A stretch of 64,000 bases of DNA from Eledone cirrhosa (GCA_964016885.1 OZ024743.1:364808001-364872000); one strand, 5' to 3'. Positions 39,811 to 54,178 are shown, counted from the first letter of the stretch. The notes: a model not told the origin generated them from the letters alone. Numbers and translations are program-made.

Positions 39811-41910
39811 TAAATAATGAAAGGTATTTTTGGTCGATACTCGGCCAAATCTGCCAATTCATTGCCCTGTATAGCACTAATATTGAAAGAACAAGATGTT
39901 TGGTACTTACAGTACGTAGTATGGCCAAATAGCTTCATTTTACAATCATGAAGTTCGGGTTCGATATCACTTCGAGGTTACATAGCCTTGACTTGTGAAT
40001 AAACTTGGATAAAAGGAAACCGTGGAAGCCTATCGGGTGGAGTGTATCTGTAATTCAAAGGACTAGCCATGTCACTTGCTGCCACGCTGAATCTCCTTGG
40101 GAATCATAATAAAGGTGAACGTGCCTTCGAATTACTCTTAATGCGTAGGGTGATCTATTGATCGAACAACTGGAATACTCATCGTCGAAACTGACGGGTA
40201 TCCATTTACTTACTTTACTTTGATACTTACAGCTAATTTTCTCTTTCATTAAAAGAAACCCTATTAAAGAGAAGTATTTTAATTTGTTAATGTAAGACTG
40301 GTGGATGAATTATTTTTTTAGAAGCAGTGTAAATATATGTTGATAATTGAGCTGAGTGATTTCCGTTGATTAGTTTAAGTTAATTCCTAAATCTTAGATT
40401 GATGGAAAGAATATTTTGATACTGTTAAATACATTAGGCTATTGTAAACAAATTGAATACTTCATTATACTCTTTTGAACGATAAACATCTTAATCGAAT
40501 AAAGTATATGTATGGTTAAGAAATTCGCTTCCAAATTGAGTAGCTTCGGGTTTTGTTTGATTGCGTGACACTTCCAGCAAATGTTCTCTATCAAGTCTCA
40601 AGTATCATATATCTTAAGGATGAAATTTCGTAACTAGAAACTGAGGGGCAAAAACCATTTTTAAAATCAGAAGAAACTTCTCTTCTGATTTTCGGATAAG
40701 TTTTTTTCTGATTCCTCATTTTTCTTTTGGATTTCCCTTCGTTATATTCCTTGGGTTGACACGTTTTAAATAGAAGCTCCATCTTACAATTATTACCAGT
40801 TTGAAAAGTGTCCTCAGGTACAAAACTCCCAACCGTTCAATCATCAGTGTAGCTTTACAACTATGGTAACATATATCATTCTACTCATAAACTGAGATTA
40901 TACAAAAGGACAGAGTTTAAAACATGATAAACAAGAAACGAAAACAAGGCATGTTTGACAAAATATATGCACAAAATATAAGCAATGTGTGTACAGTAAA
41001 AATATTTACGCCGAACAGAAATATTTGATGTTTCGTGTTAAAACCTTTATCAAAATAGACAAAGAAAAGTAAAGTATAAGAAATAAGGAAAAGTGTAGGG
41101 ACTTTATTGTTTTTATCATTTTCATTGTAATTCTTTTTATTAAAATAAGCACTGAAAAAATTTCGTAAATATCTATTTCCCACTCCCCCAAACAATTCGT
41201 AGCTCAATAACTACGCGTTCTTGTCGCTAATATCGTATTATCAGCAAGGAAAACTGATATAGTAGGGGTTGTGTGTCCGTAACCAGATATAAATTTCCGA
41301 CCCGTGAATTAAGAGGGCGACACCTTACTCGTAAAGCCTTTTAACTGCAGTTTACATTCACTGACGTAGAAAGAAACGCATAGTATATCTGAAAGAGAAG
41401 AGATAGAAAAACGATCACTTACATTTGGAAATTAGAGTTTAGGTCGAGGTGAATCTTAACCTCCACTAAAATATCAATGAAAGAGAATCTTTTGAATCAA
41501 CTTTAGTTACAACTGGCTATAGTATATCTATATCTTTCGCGCAACATGTTTTGTATATTAATGTATGCATTTGTTGGTGTTTCTGTCTATGTGTGTGTTT
41601 GTGTGTGCGTGTATCTGTGTGTGTGTGGTTCACTCTTTAATCATATATCGTCTCTGGTCCAATCCCACTGCGTAGCCTCGAGTCGACCCAAGCCTTCAGA
41701 GTGAAATTGAATAGACAGAAACAGCATGGAGACCTGATGGATTGATCATAGCTGTAATTAAAGGGTCTCGTCTTTTTACACACTGACAGAAATTGCAAAA
41801 TAAGGCGAGAGATTAGATGGTGGAAAAATACATTCCGCTCAAAAACAAAAACGATGTTAAGTATTAAGGCGGTTGATTGCGCGCCAAAATATTTTGGTAC
41901 GTGTTTGGTA

Positions 41911-41946
<36 letters not shown>

Positions 41947-42075
41947 CATGTGTGTGTGTGTGTGTGTGTGTGTGTATAAGATAATAGTTTAACAATGATA
42001 ATAATAACAAATATAGACCCTACCACGAAAGGTAGACCACATTGTATATATTTATTCAATGTGGTCTACCTATAT

Positions 42076-42150
<75 letters not shown>

Positions 42151-42733
42151 TATATATATATAGGTATATATATGTGAATGTGTGTGCATATTGTATGAGG
42201 TTTTTCATCTATCTACATGACTTACCACCACACACTCATACAATCACACAATTTTTTTCAAGTAATTACGTCCTTACTGACTGGCACCCCTTGTTCACCT
42301 TACCACAACTCACACATCGCCTCATACATCTCCATGCACCCATCCGGCCCGTCTCGCCCAATCCCGCCCCATCCCGTCCCGTCTCAGTCACTGTCCCGAG
42401 TAAATAAGACGACGTAAGTCATTTCTTAGAGAATAGAGAAGCAAACGAGCCTCAGTTTGGTTAAGTGAAGCAAGTCTTAACGTTGTCCACATCAATCAAT
42501 CATTATTTTGCGTGTTTCTTGTCAGCTGTGAAAGAACTTTGAAGAGAATTTAATTGGAATGAAGAAGACACAGAAAAGAAATGTGACAATTCACGCATAT
42601 GCGTGCGTGGACAATGTACACAGTACATATTGTACACATACTACACATATACACTTATATACATAATTACACACATATACGCTCATATATGTATGCATGT
42701 GTGAATGCAAATATGTATATATGTTCATATATA

Positions 42734-42815
<82 letters not shown>

Positions 42816-42966
42816 ATTCCCTTTCCCGCTCTTTACGTATATACGTGTGTCTGTGTGTGTACATGAGTGATATTACACGTTATATACACATAACTATGTC
42901 TACAAAGTTACACGTAGACCGTTGGAAAGGACACAAATCTATCTATTAATCTAGCTTATCGTTGCA

Positions 42967-43000
<34 letters not shown>

Positions 43001-43003
43001 TTA

Positions 43004-43048
<45 letters not shown>

Positions 43049-43053
<5 letters not shown>

Positions 43054-43241
43054 AACCAGTAGGACCCCGACAGCTGAGCTCAAGCCGTTTCGACGGGGTT
43101 AATTCTATTGAATTAGCCGTCGAAACGGCTTGAGCTCAGCTGTCGGGGTCCTACTGGTTCCTATTACCCACTCTACTACCTCAAGTATTGAGTACTTTGG
43201 TGCGTTATGGTCCACCTGGTTCCTTACCACATTTCCTTCGT

Positions 43242-43243
<2 letters not shown>
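43049..43243 (+). mobile_element. hairpin element copy 2
   Basis: same arms and tail as 2430-2608 in opposite orientation; different apex; (TA)n flanks. Confidence 0.85.
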
Positions 43244-43340
<97 letters not shown>

Positions 43341-43865
43341 ATACACACGCGCGCGCACATATATGTACATAGAACGAGGGAGAGGAGAAGAGAGAAAAGC
43401 GACAAATAGGGAGAAGGCGATAACGCATACATAACACATACAGACAACAGTGTGAATATGAGTCAGTATTTATACATTTGTAGGTACGTTTGAGAGTTTT
43501 AGAGGTCGTGTTTGTGCGCGTGTGTGCGTCTGTATGTAACCATGGTTGGATAAACACACACATTCACACACTTGTGTAAGAGTATTTGTATGTGCGTGTC
43601 CGCCTGTTTACATATAATTGTGACGGTTTTTTGTAATTGTACTTGTATATGAACACCTGTTATTTTGTGTTTATGTATGTGTTTTCCTTTTGCTCTGTGT
43701 TTTCCTTTTTCATTGTTATTAATAATCTTCCTATAATAAAGTCACAAATATGTATGTGGATTTCGTATATCTAAAGAAATACGGTATGTTTATAAATAAA
43801 CATTCTGAGAACCATAGCTATGAATAGAACAATGGCGGAGTCCGGCAGAAGCATGGGGGACAACC

Positions 43866-43903
43866 GTCAATGCATTTCGAACTTAAATGGTTCTCTTCAA
43901 GAC
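43866..43903 (-). ncRNA. minimal hammerhead ribozyme (U3 variant)
   Basis: GTC-TTGAAGA-GAAC-CATTTAA-GTTC-GAAA-TGCA-TT-GAC. Confidence 0.65.
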
Positions 43904-44486
43904 TCGCTACTACCGGACATTGAAACAGGCGAAAATATGTAGCTTTTTCGTCCGTGTAAATGGGCTGATTAGCCTCATTTGCATACGAAGCTGTATAAGT
44001 TGGCTCAACTTAAAATAGAATTAGAATTTAGCTTCGACATAACTGTATACAGATATGTATGGGAATTTCGTATATCTAAAGAAATACGGTATGTTTATAA
44101 ATAAAACTGTGGCTTTCAGAAGGTTTTTTTTTATAAACATGCCGTATTTCTTTAGCTATATCCACATACATATTTGTATACAGCTATGTCGAAGCTAAAT
44201 TCTAATTTTACAAATATATAGTTTTAATGTTAATTCTTATTTTCATTGTGATATTTTAATGAGTGGTTTATGTTTTATATGCTTTATTTGTTCTAAATAT
44301 TATTTTGGGTGGATTCTATTTGCATTTTAATAAACTCCGACGACACCCGTGGAATAGTTAATTCTTTGGTTTTATGTATAAACTTTGCATGACCCTCATT
44401 GAATTGAGCTAAATAACATCCTGTAAAGGAGTATACTTACTCTCATTAATATTATAATCATGTTATAATATTAGTATGCATTTAGA

Positions 44487-44673
44487 GGGCGGTGGATTGG
44501 CAGTATCGGTAGAGGGTTGGACGCCATGCTTTGACGTATAGAATTACGGCCCTTGCCATTCTGAGTTCAAATCCCGCCGAGGTTGACTTTTCCTTTCATC
44601 CTTACGCGGTCGATAAAATAAAGTACCAGTAATGCACTGGGTAATTGCTGGCCTTGTACCAAAAGTAGAAACA
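44487..44673 (+). mobile_element. tRNA-derived SINE family 1 with TSD
   Basis: A/B boxes; AATATTAGTATGCA at 44467-44480 and 44674-44687. Confidence 0.9.
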
Positions 44674-45042
44674 AATATTAGTATGCAAAATCATTTTGCT
44701 AATTTGGGAGCTGTTGAATGTAAAGATGTGCGTGTGTAAATTTGTCTTCCTTCTTCCAGTCATTTCTGAGTGCCGGCGCACTTATCCTTGTTCTCCTCCT
44801 CTTTCAATCTTTTATGTATTTCATCTGGTTGTCATCCACCTTGAGGATTGTCTCTCTGTTGACCACTGGCTGCTGGTCTCTGTCTTCTGAGGCATTTTTG
44901 GCCATCGCTGTCTGTGACAGCATTTGGCTGTTTTAAGGGCTGTTCTAGAGATGAGGTTTCTCATTTTATATGTATTCAATCAAATACACTCTCTCTTAGT
45001 CTCGATCAGAGACAACGTTTTAAATATATATGTGTGTGTGTG

Positions 45043-45077
<35 letters not shown>

Positions 45078-45250
45078 AGTAATGTGTATGTGTGTGTGTG
45101 TCTATAAGCACATGCTTTCATGCACGGAAATTAAGGCAAGAATATAATTGCATATCTTCTTTTGAGTATATGTCAGAATAATACTAAGAGTGAATGAGTA
45201 TATACGTCCATCAAATGAGTGCTTTGTTGTGGTTGTTTGGATGATATACA

Positions 45251-45297
45251 CGCCTTCTGAAGAGGGTCCAACTAGGTCCGAAAATCGATTAAAGATA
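45251..45297 (+). ncRNA. decayed hammerhead ribozyme
   Basis: CTT-CTGAAGA-GGGTC..GGTCC-GAAA-ATCGAT-TA-AAG; palindromic stem III, weak stem I. Confidence 0.5.
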
Positions 45298-45482
45298 TTT
45301 ATCATTTTTTTATTTCAATATACAAGGAAATTCGTTTTGTCTGGTTTGTTTACATGCCTACATTTTTATATACACATTGGTGCAGTCATGGTTACCCACT
45401 CTATATGTATCCAGATATAACTTTATCGTGCACTTCGGTTGCTAGCGCACTTATACACACATACACACACTCATACACACAC

Positions 45483-45538
<56 letters not shown>

Positions 45539-45680
45539 AAGGGTGTTTGTGAGAGAGAGAAAGTGTGTGTGTGTGTATGTGCGTGCGTGTGTGTGAGAAA
45601 GACAGAGAGTTAGAGAGAGGGTGTGTGTGTGTGTGTGTACATTTTGTATGAAAGTTTTGCATATATTTGCCTCGTGGACC

Positions 45681-46526
<846 letters not shown>

Positions 46527-46529
46527 AAT

Positions 46530-47420
46530 CAACCACCGCCGCCATCATCATTGCGTCATCATCATCGCCATCATCACCATCATCATCACAACCCCCACTA
46601 TCGTTATCTTCATCCCCCACCACCAACATCACCATCATCATCATCGCTTCCACCATCACCACCATTAATATCAACGTTTTCCTTGCCGACGTCATTACCA
46701 CCGTCATCCCCGGCACATCATCATCATCAGCAGCACCGCCGCCATTAGTATCATCATCATAATCATCATCTTTACCATTGGTATCATCATTATCTCTGTT
46801 ATCCCACCACCAACACCTTCATCATCATCGCCATCATTATCATCATTGTCGTCATCATAGTCGCTGTCGTCGTCATCATCTCCACTTTTATCATCACTAC
46901 CGCCGCCGCCATCATCATCATCATCATCGACATTACCACCGTCATCCCGCCACCATCGCCATCATGATTATAATCATCATTATCATTATTATCATCATCA
47001 TCATAATCATCATCGACATTACCACCGTCATCCCGCCACCATCGTCGTCATGATTATAATCATCATTATCATTATCATCATCATCATCATCATCATCGAC
47101 ATTACCACCGTCATCCCGCCACCATCGCCATCATGATTATAATCATCATTATCATTATTATCATCATCATCATCATCGACATTACCACCGTCATCCCGCC
47201 ACCATCGTCGTCATGATTATAATCATCATTATCATTATTATCATCATCATCATCGTCATCATCGTCACCATCGTCACCACCATTAGTATCATCATTATTA
47301 CAACTTTTATCCCCACCACTACTACTACTACCACCATTATTATCATCGACATTACCACCGTCATCTCACCACCATCTTCCTTATCATAATCATCGTCATC
47401 CTTATTACTATTATCGCCAT
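46530..47420. repeat. CAT-rich low-complexity region with 60-80-bp tandem units
   Basis: CGACATTACCACCGTCATCCCGCCACCATCG repeated at about 46927, 47012, 47097 and 47177. Confidence 0.9.
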
Positions 47421-48283
47421 CATCACTGCCATTAGTGTTATATTTTCCCACTGCTTCTTCGGCTGATGTAATGCTATTCATTAGCGCCATTACAAAACAT
47501 CCACCATTAGCGCCATTACAAAACATCCACCTACCCTTACAGTGGTACCGACATTACGCCATGGAATTAGCTCCATAACGTCTGACAAAGTATTGTTTCA
47601 ATGCCAAGACAATATTTATCAAAAAATAAACCCAAAACTCTTGTTCCCAGGAGAAACAAATATCTGTCAAAATATATAGTAAATATCTTTCGTTTCACAG
47701 TAATTCTGATGATGAAGTCAGTGACGATGGTGACCGCAGTTGCATGGTGGTGTAGGTTTTGGTGATATTACTGTTGGTAGTGATGCTGAATGTGGGGGTG
47801 TTGTATTTGATAATGTTATTGTTGTCATTGGTGTTACTATCGTTGTTTCTTTGCAGCCCTGCTTTGCTGTGTGGGCTTTACCCATGGGATGATGAGAACT
47901 CGGCAATGAAAAATAACTCACCATTTCTTAAATATTCCCAGTTTCCAAATCACGCAGTATTTAACTCTCACCGCTTTATCCCTCTTTTCTCCAGGGTCAC
48001 ATTTTACTCGGAAAGAAAAAAGGGTGGATTTGTATTGCAACTGCTTGGTTTTGTTTTGTATCATTGTTGGTATGAATACTTATTCGGTTAATATTTTTGC
48101 TGTTTCATTCTATGATTTTATATAAAGAATCTCCATTGATATAATCTCAACTCTTTGGGACTCTATTCAAATTGTCCCTTAGATTCTTCAGATTTTTATC
48201 TTGTGTGGCGTAAGCCCCACTTCAGAATCACTTGTATACAGCCTTTGAGATTATCAATAGGTCACACGAGCCATCATTTAATA

Positions 48284-48452
48284 ATTGTTTCTACTTTTGG
48301 CACAAGGCAGCAATTACTTTATTTTATCGACCTCGTAAGGATGAAAGGCAACGTTAACCTCGGCGGGATTTGAACTCAGAATGGCAAGAGCGGTAACTCT
48401 ATGCGTCAAAGCGTAGTGTCCGACCCTCTACCAATACTGTCAATCCACCTCC
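48284..48452 (-). mobile_element. tRNA-derived SINE family 1
   Basis: B box and core motif; ATTTAATAA on both flanks. Confidence 0.8.
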
Positions 48453-49007
48453 GTGTGTATTTAATAACACACACTATGTACCTCTGTCAAAACTAGCATT
48501 CAGACAAGAGCAGTATTTTAACTACAAATCAAATATCAATGTAATTTCAGTTGTTGAAAAAATGCTTATTGTTAGAAGTGGATTTACAACTATTCAATCT
48601 ATTTATCTATCTATATACAACTAAAACTCTGTGATTGTTTGCTTGCTTGTCTGTAATGTAATACAGCCAAAACGGCGCATAATGGGAAAATACTTTGAAA
48701 GGCAGTTGCCACTGAAATGGGGATAGAAACGGAATAAAACAAGTTTGGCGTAAATCGAAGCACGAGTTCCCGAGATACGGGGCTTTTCCTGGTACCTTCA
48801 TAAATAGAGAGAGAGAAGGATAAAGAGAAAGAGATAGTGGTTGTGAGAGAGTAGATTGAAAGAGAGACATAGAGAGAGAGAAGAGGACAGAGAAGGAAAA
48901 TGAAATAGAGGGAGAGCTGGTGGTGTTGTTGAATAAAATTACAACCAGTGACTTCAAAGAAACGAATACAGCATTACTGTATCCTACTAAATAGAAAGGG
49001 TTTCTAA

Positions 49008-49149
<142 letters not shown>

Positions 49150-49220
49150 CCGGTGTATATAGGTCACAGACACCCGCATATATATATACACACACATATA
49201 TATATATATATGTATACACT

Positions 49221-49253
<33 letters not shown>

Positions 49254-49344
49254 GTATATATATTATATTATATTTAGAGTTATAAACTCAAACAGTCCTT
49301 TACAATTAATTAGCTCAAAGAAAGAAGCATTTCTGAGCCGTGAA

Positions 49345-49650
49345 ATACAAGTTAATATAAATTAATATATGATAAACACACAAGTGTTTGTATTGTAAAA
49401 GACGAAGTTAGCTAGAATGAAATAAACTAATTCAAATAAATATAGTTTGCCTGTCTCGATTTAAAATAATAAATCAATAAAAACAAACCCACGGTTATTG
49501 CCAATATGGGTTTGTTTTTATTGATTTATTATTTTAAATCGAGACAGGCAAACTATATTTATTTGAATTAGTTTATTTCATTCTAGCTAACTTCGTCTTT
49601 TACAATACAAACACTTGTGTGTTTATCATATATTAATTTATATTAACTTG

Positions 49651-49653
<3 letters not shown>
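49345..49653. repeat. 147-bp-arm perfect inverted repeat
   Basis: 49345-49491 is the reverse complement of 49507-49653; ends at (TA)n. Confidence 0.95.
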
Positions 49654-49716
<63 letters not shown>

Positions 49717-49795
49717 GGAGGTGATTTTTATTGTAGTACAATAAAGCAATGCACATAATAAAATACATGGAACTCTTTTAACCATCTTTTGTTCT

Positions 49796-49834
<39 letters not shown>

Positions 49835-49838
<4 letters not shown>

Positions 49839-50051
49839 AACCAGTAAGACCCCGACAGCTGAGCTCAAGCCGTTTCGACGGCTAATTCTGGACTAAATGA
49901 AAATTTTCATTTAGTCCAGAATTAGCCGTCGAAACGGCTTGAGCTCAGCTGTCGGGGTCTTACTGGTTCCTATTACCCACTCTACTACCTCAAGTATTGA
50001 GTACTTTGGTGCGTTATGGTCCACCTGGTTCCTTACCACATTTCCTTCGTT

Positions 50052-50052
<1 letters not shown>
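49835..50052 (+). mobile_element. hairpin element copy 3
   Basis: arms extended to a spacerless apex GGACTAAATGAAAATTTTCATTTAGTCC. Confidence 0.85.
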
Positions 50053-50115
<63 letters not shown>

Positions 50116-50218
50116 GCCTTCCAATTTCATTTTACATTATATACATGTCTGTGTATATTTCAATTATTTAAAAATTATTTTGAAGTGAACGTGACCCAAC
50201 GGGTCACGAGTGATCTAG

Positions 50219-50579
50219 TATACTACTAAAACTCTGTGATTTCTTGCTTGCTTGTCTGTAGTGTAATACAGTCAAAATGGCGCATAATGGGAAAATACTT
50301 TGAAAGGAAGTTGTCCCTGAAATGGAAATACAAATGGAATAAAACAAGTTTGGCGTAAATCGGAGCACGGGTTCCCGAGATATAGAGTTTTCTGGGTACC
50401 TTCATGATTAGCCAAAACGGTGCATAATGGGAAAATCTCCGAAAGTAACATAACTCTGAAATGGGAATACAAACAGAATAAAACAAGTTTCGCGTAAATC
50501 GGACCACGGGTTCTCGAGGTACGCGGTTTTTTCGGGTACCTTGAACTATTGGTGACCCGACGGGTCACGGGTAGTTTAG
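50219..50579 (+). mobile_element. second head-to-tail Helitron-like unit
   Basis: start matches 48615-48800; two internal repeats of about 140 bp; hairpin GTGACCC-GAC-GGGTCAC then TTAG|T. Confidence 0.65.
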
Positions 50580-50724
50580 TATTTCTATAAATATATAGAC
50601 ATTTTAAAAAATAAAATAGGGATAGAAAAACTAAATTATTGCCATTGATATTATTTTTCATTCAATTAGTTTTATATGTATGTCTTGTTTCTTTCTGTTT
50701 ATATATGAATGTGTATATTTATGC

Positions 50725-50849
<125 letters not shown>

Positions 50850-51119
50850 TGCGTGTGTGTATGTGTGTACATATGTTATATGAGTACTGGATGCGAGGTT
50901 AACGACACTTCGGACCAGTGGCATATCAATGGGAAATACATCTCGATTCGTCTGAAGAAACGTTTAAAGTGGTTATTATATAACTACCTTACATCCTTGA
51001 AATACGTATAACGAACTAGATAGTAAAATGAAAATGTACGAAGAAAACCGTCTCTCTTATTTATTATAAACATATATATATGGAAAACCGTCTCTCTTAT
51101 TTATTATAAACATATATAT

Positions 51120-52066
51120 ATGGTCTTTCGTCTCTTGTTCACGATTTCACAGAGTTTATATTCATAGAGATCTGGGACTTGTCTATTTCTACTCACTTTC
51201 CGTTGCTTAAACCCTTTTGTTGTTACTCTAGCGTCCCCCTTTATTTACGTGTCCCAACGACTTTTTTTTAGCCTTTGTTCGCACCAACCTGAGGCATATG
51301 GCCCTTAAAGCGATGAAATGCCGAGGACGGTTGGAGGGTCACTGATGAAGGACTCACTTTTTCATATGTATCCCATTTGCAACGCCGCAGCTCCATTATT
51401 ATCATCATATTTACACATATTACTTTTCCATGCTGCCTGTCTGTTTCGTTCCTTGTATCTTTACCACTTCTAGCAGTCTCCCTCTCTGTTACCTTCTCCT
51501 CAACTTTCACTCACTCATTCTCTGTCACTACCTCTCCTCCTCCTCTTTCCTCCTCCTCCTTCAAGTTTGACCTGTGTGTAATTCTTTTCTCGCGCAGTCT
51601 TGACCGAGCTGGTATGAAATTTTTTTCTCTCTCTCTTTCGTCTGCGACTTCACAAAACTTGCGTTTACCGAATTCGTAGACCAGACCACCTTATCCTCTT
51701 CTTCTTCTTCTTCTTCTTCTTCTTCCTCTTCTCTCCTTTTTCTTTCTCTCTCTCTCTCTTTTTCCCCCCCGTCAAACTTGGGCGAAATTCTTTCCTTGCT
51801 CACATTTCTACCAGGTTCGATGGTCTTTCGTCTCTTGTTCACGATTTCACAGAGTTTATATTCATAGAGATCTGGGACTTGTCTATTTCTACTCACTTTC
51901 CGTTGCTTAAACCCTTTTGTTGTTACTCTAGCGTCCCCCTTTATTTACGTGTCCCAACGACTTTTTTTAGCCGTTGTTCGCACCAACCTGAGGCATATGG
52001 CCCTTAAAGCGATGAAATGCCGAGGACGGTTGGAAGGTCACTGATGAAGGACTCACTTTTTCATAT
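51120..52066. repeat. about 248-bp direct repeat (51120-51367, 51820-52066)
   Basis: near-identical copies, both ending CTGATGAAGGACTCACTTTTTCATA. Confidence 0.9.
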
Positions 52067-52160
52067 ATATATATATATATATATGAAAGTAAAAAAACAA
52101 CACAGATGGGTACAAGTTATGAAAGGTATTAGGTTCACGCTTAGTGAGAGTAGGGGGCGC

Positions 52161-52200
52161 GGGTGTGACGTTTCGAGCATAAGCCCTTCATCAGGAGAGT
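52161..52200 (-). ncRNA. hammerhead core (stem I disrupted)
   Basis: CTGATGA-AGGGC-TTAT-GCTC-GAAA-CG-TC; flank resembles the 59570-59680 family. Confidence 0.5.
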
Positions 52201-53326
52201 GGTGGGAAGGAGAAGGAGGAACTCCGAAAGGAAGTGAGGGGGAGTTAGTGGGGGGAAATGAAAATAAAAGTTAAAATCAAGTGGTGAAAAGATGTGAGGC
52301 GTCTAGAGGTGGTGGTGCGTGGGGGTGGATGGAGGGGAAGAGAGGGGGAGGAAAAAAGGAGGCCGGGCGGGGAGGGTGGAAGGCGAGGTGTGTGAGTGTG
52401 TGTGTAGGTGTACGTGTATGTGTGTGTGTGCGCGTAGGTGTACGTGTGTGTGTGTGTGTGCGTGGTGTAAGTGTGAGAGTCTGTGGGCGAGAGCGGGGTT
52501 GCATTCTTGGATTTTTGAAAATTGTCCACGTTGGGGTGGTGTGTAAGTCTGTGTATGTGTGTGTGTGTGCGTGTGGATTGAGAGGGGTCGGATGGGGTGG
52601 GGGAGAGTGTGCGAAATCCGGAGCCGGAGTAGGTGTATGTGAGGATACAGACGTGTGTGTGTTTTTTGTGTGGTGTGGATACGTGGGAATGTATCGTTGC
52701 GTGTGTGCGAAAATGGTGTAAGTATTTCTGTGTTTGTGTTCCTGAATGGTTTTCCGGTGTGTGTGTGTGTGTGTGTAGAATGATGGCGCAAATCCGGGTA
52801 GTAATCCATAGATAGTCGAACGTGTAAATGTAGTGGTAGGATCCGTGGGAATGGTGAGGAGGAAGTAGAAAGTTGTGGGGTGCGCGCACATATATATATA
52901 TATACAGAGAGAGAAAGAGGGAGTGAGAGATAGAGGGGGAGTGAGAGAGAGATAGGGAGAGGGAGGGAGAGAGAGAGAGATTGTTATATTTGAGGACGGT
53001 CATTTTTGCCAATATTGCCAATAGAAAAAAAGAAACACATTCACCATATATATAATTTTCACTTTATTTTTTATTGTTCGTTATTCATTTGTTTATCAAA
53101 GTTATTTCGTCACGCATTCTGTGACCTCTTCAATTATTATCTGTTTTGTGCCTCTTCATTTTCCTGGTCTTATATATATATAGAGAGAGAGAGGGATGGA
53201 GTCTGTAGGACTGAGACCTGGAAGACCACTAATCATTAGTACTTAATGCATGGGAAGATGCAGAACGGGTATAAAGAAAGGTGGGAACCCGACCGCGACG
53301 CCAAGCGAAACCGCTTGGCGTCGTCG

Positions 53327-53416
<90 letters not shown>

Positions 53417-53655
53417 GTCTCGGTTACCCACTCTGTATATTTACAGATATGTCTATCGAACATTTCGGCTGCTTGGCGTATTTCAGACCATACGCTTTCC
53501 AAAGCAAACCGAAACCAACCCACTTTTTGAAAAAAAATTGGGATCTATCTTACATACGTTAAGCTTCTACTACCTTATCGCAAGTAAGTTGAATTTCATA
53601 GTCCTATATCTCTCATCTGCAAACTAGAAAATAACCCCGAATTTCCCAATGATGA

Positions 53656-53712
<57 letters not shown>

Positions 53713-53715
<3 letters not shown>

Positions 53716-53830
53716 TCATCATCATCATCATCGTTCAACGTCTATCATCCACGCTAGCATTGGTTAGACGGGTTTGTCCCATTTAGAGGCAAGTTGGGTC
53801 GGGTGACCGTGTCTCGCTCGTATAGGACTG
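53713..53830 (-). mobile_element. RTE/SINE-type 3' end with (GAT)n tail
   Basis: CGTCTAACCAATGCTAGCGTGGATGATAGACGTTGAAC(GAT)n on minus. Confidence 0.5.
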
Positions 53831-54128
53831 TTTCTGTCTGGTTTTAATATTCGAAAAACTCAGATTACATTTATTGTATTCAGCCATGTTGAGCGAAAAA
53901 AATTTTTTTTAATTTGAATATGGCAAAGCCGGCCATTGATCGCTCGTATACAGGAAACTGACAGGTCAGTCTGCTGATATGCAAATCTGGCTGATCAGTG
54001 GATCTGGTAATATGCAGATCTAACTGATCAGCCAGTCTGCTAATATGCAAATCAGGCCGATCAGTCACTGTATATTTTAGAAAATATCATATATTTTCAC
54101 TAGCTCTCACAGTTGGCAAGTGAACAGT

Positions 54129-54178
54129 GAACTGTACTGATGAAGGGTAATACCCAGAAACATTAGTGTCTGCAGTTC
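54129..54178 (+). ncRNA. hammerhead ribozyme with canonical GUC site
   Basis: GAACTGTA-CTGATGA-AGGGTAATACCCA-GAAA-CATTAGTG-TC-TGCAGTTC. Confidence 0.8.

Noticed and set aside
44487-44585. possible tRNA gene (A and B boxes)
   Set aside because: Multi-copy, followed by SINE core and tail with TSD; no cloverleaf
44730-44960. purine-rich minus-strand stretch as host exon
   Set aside because: Stops in the frames checked; more like a decayed LINE C-terminus
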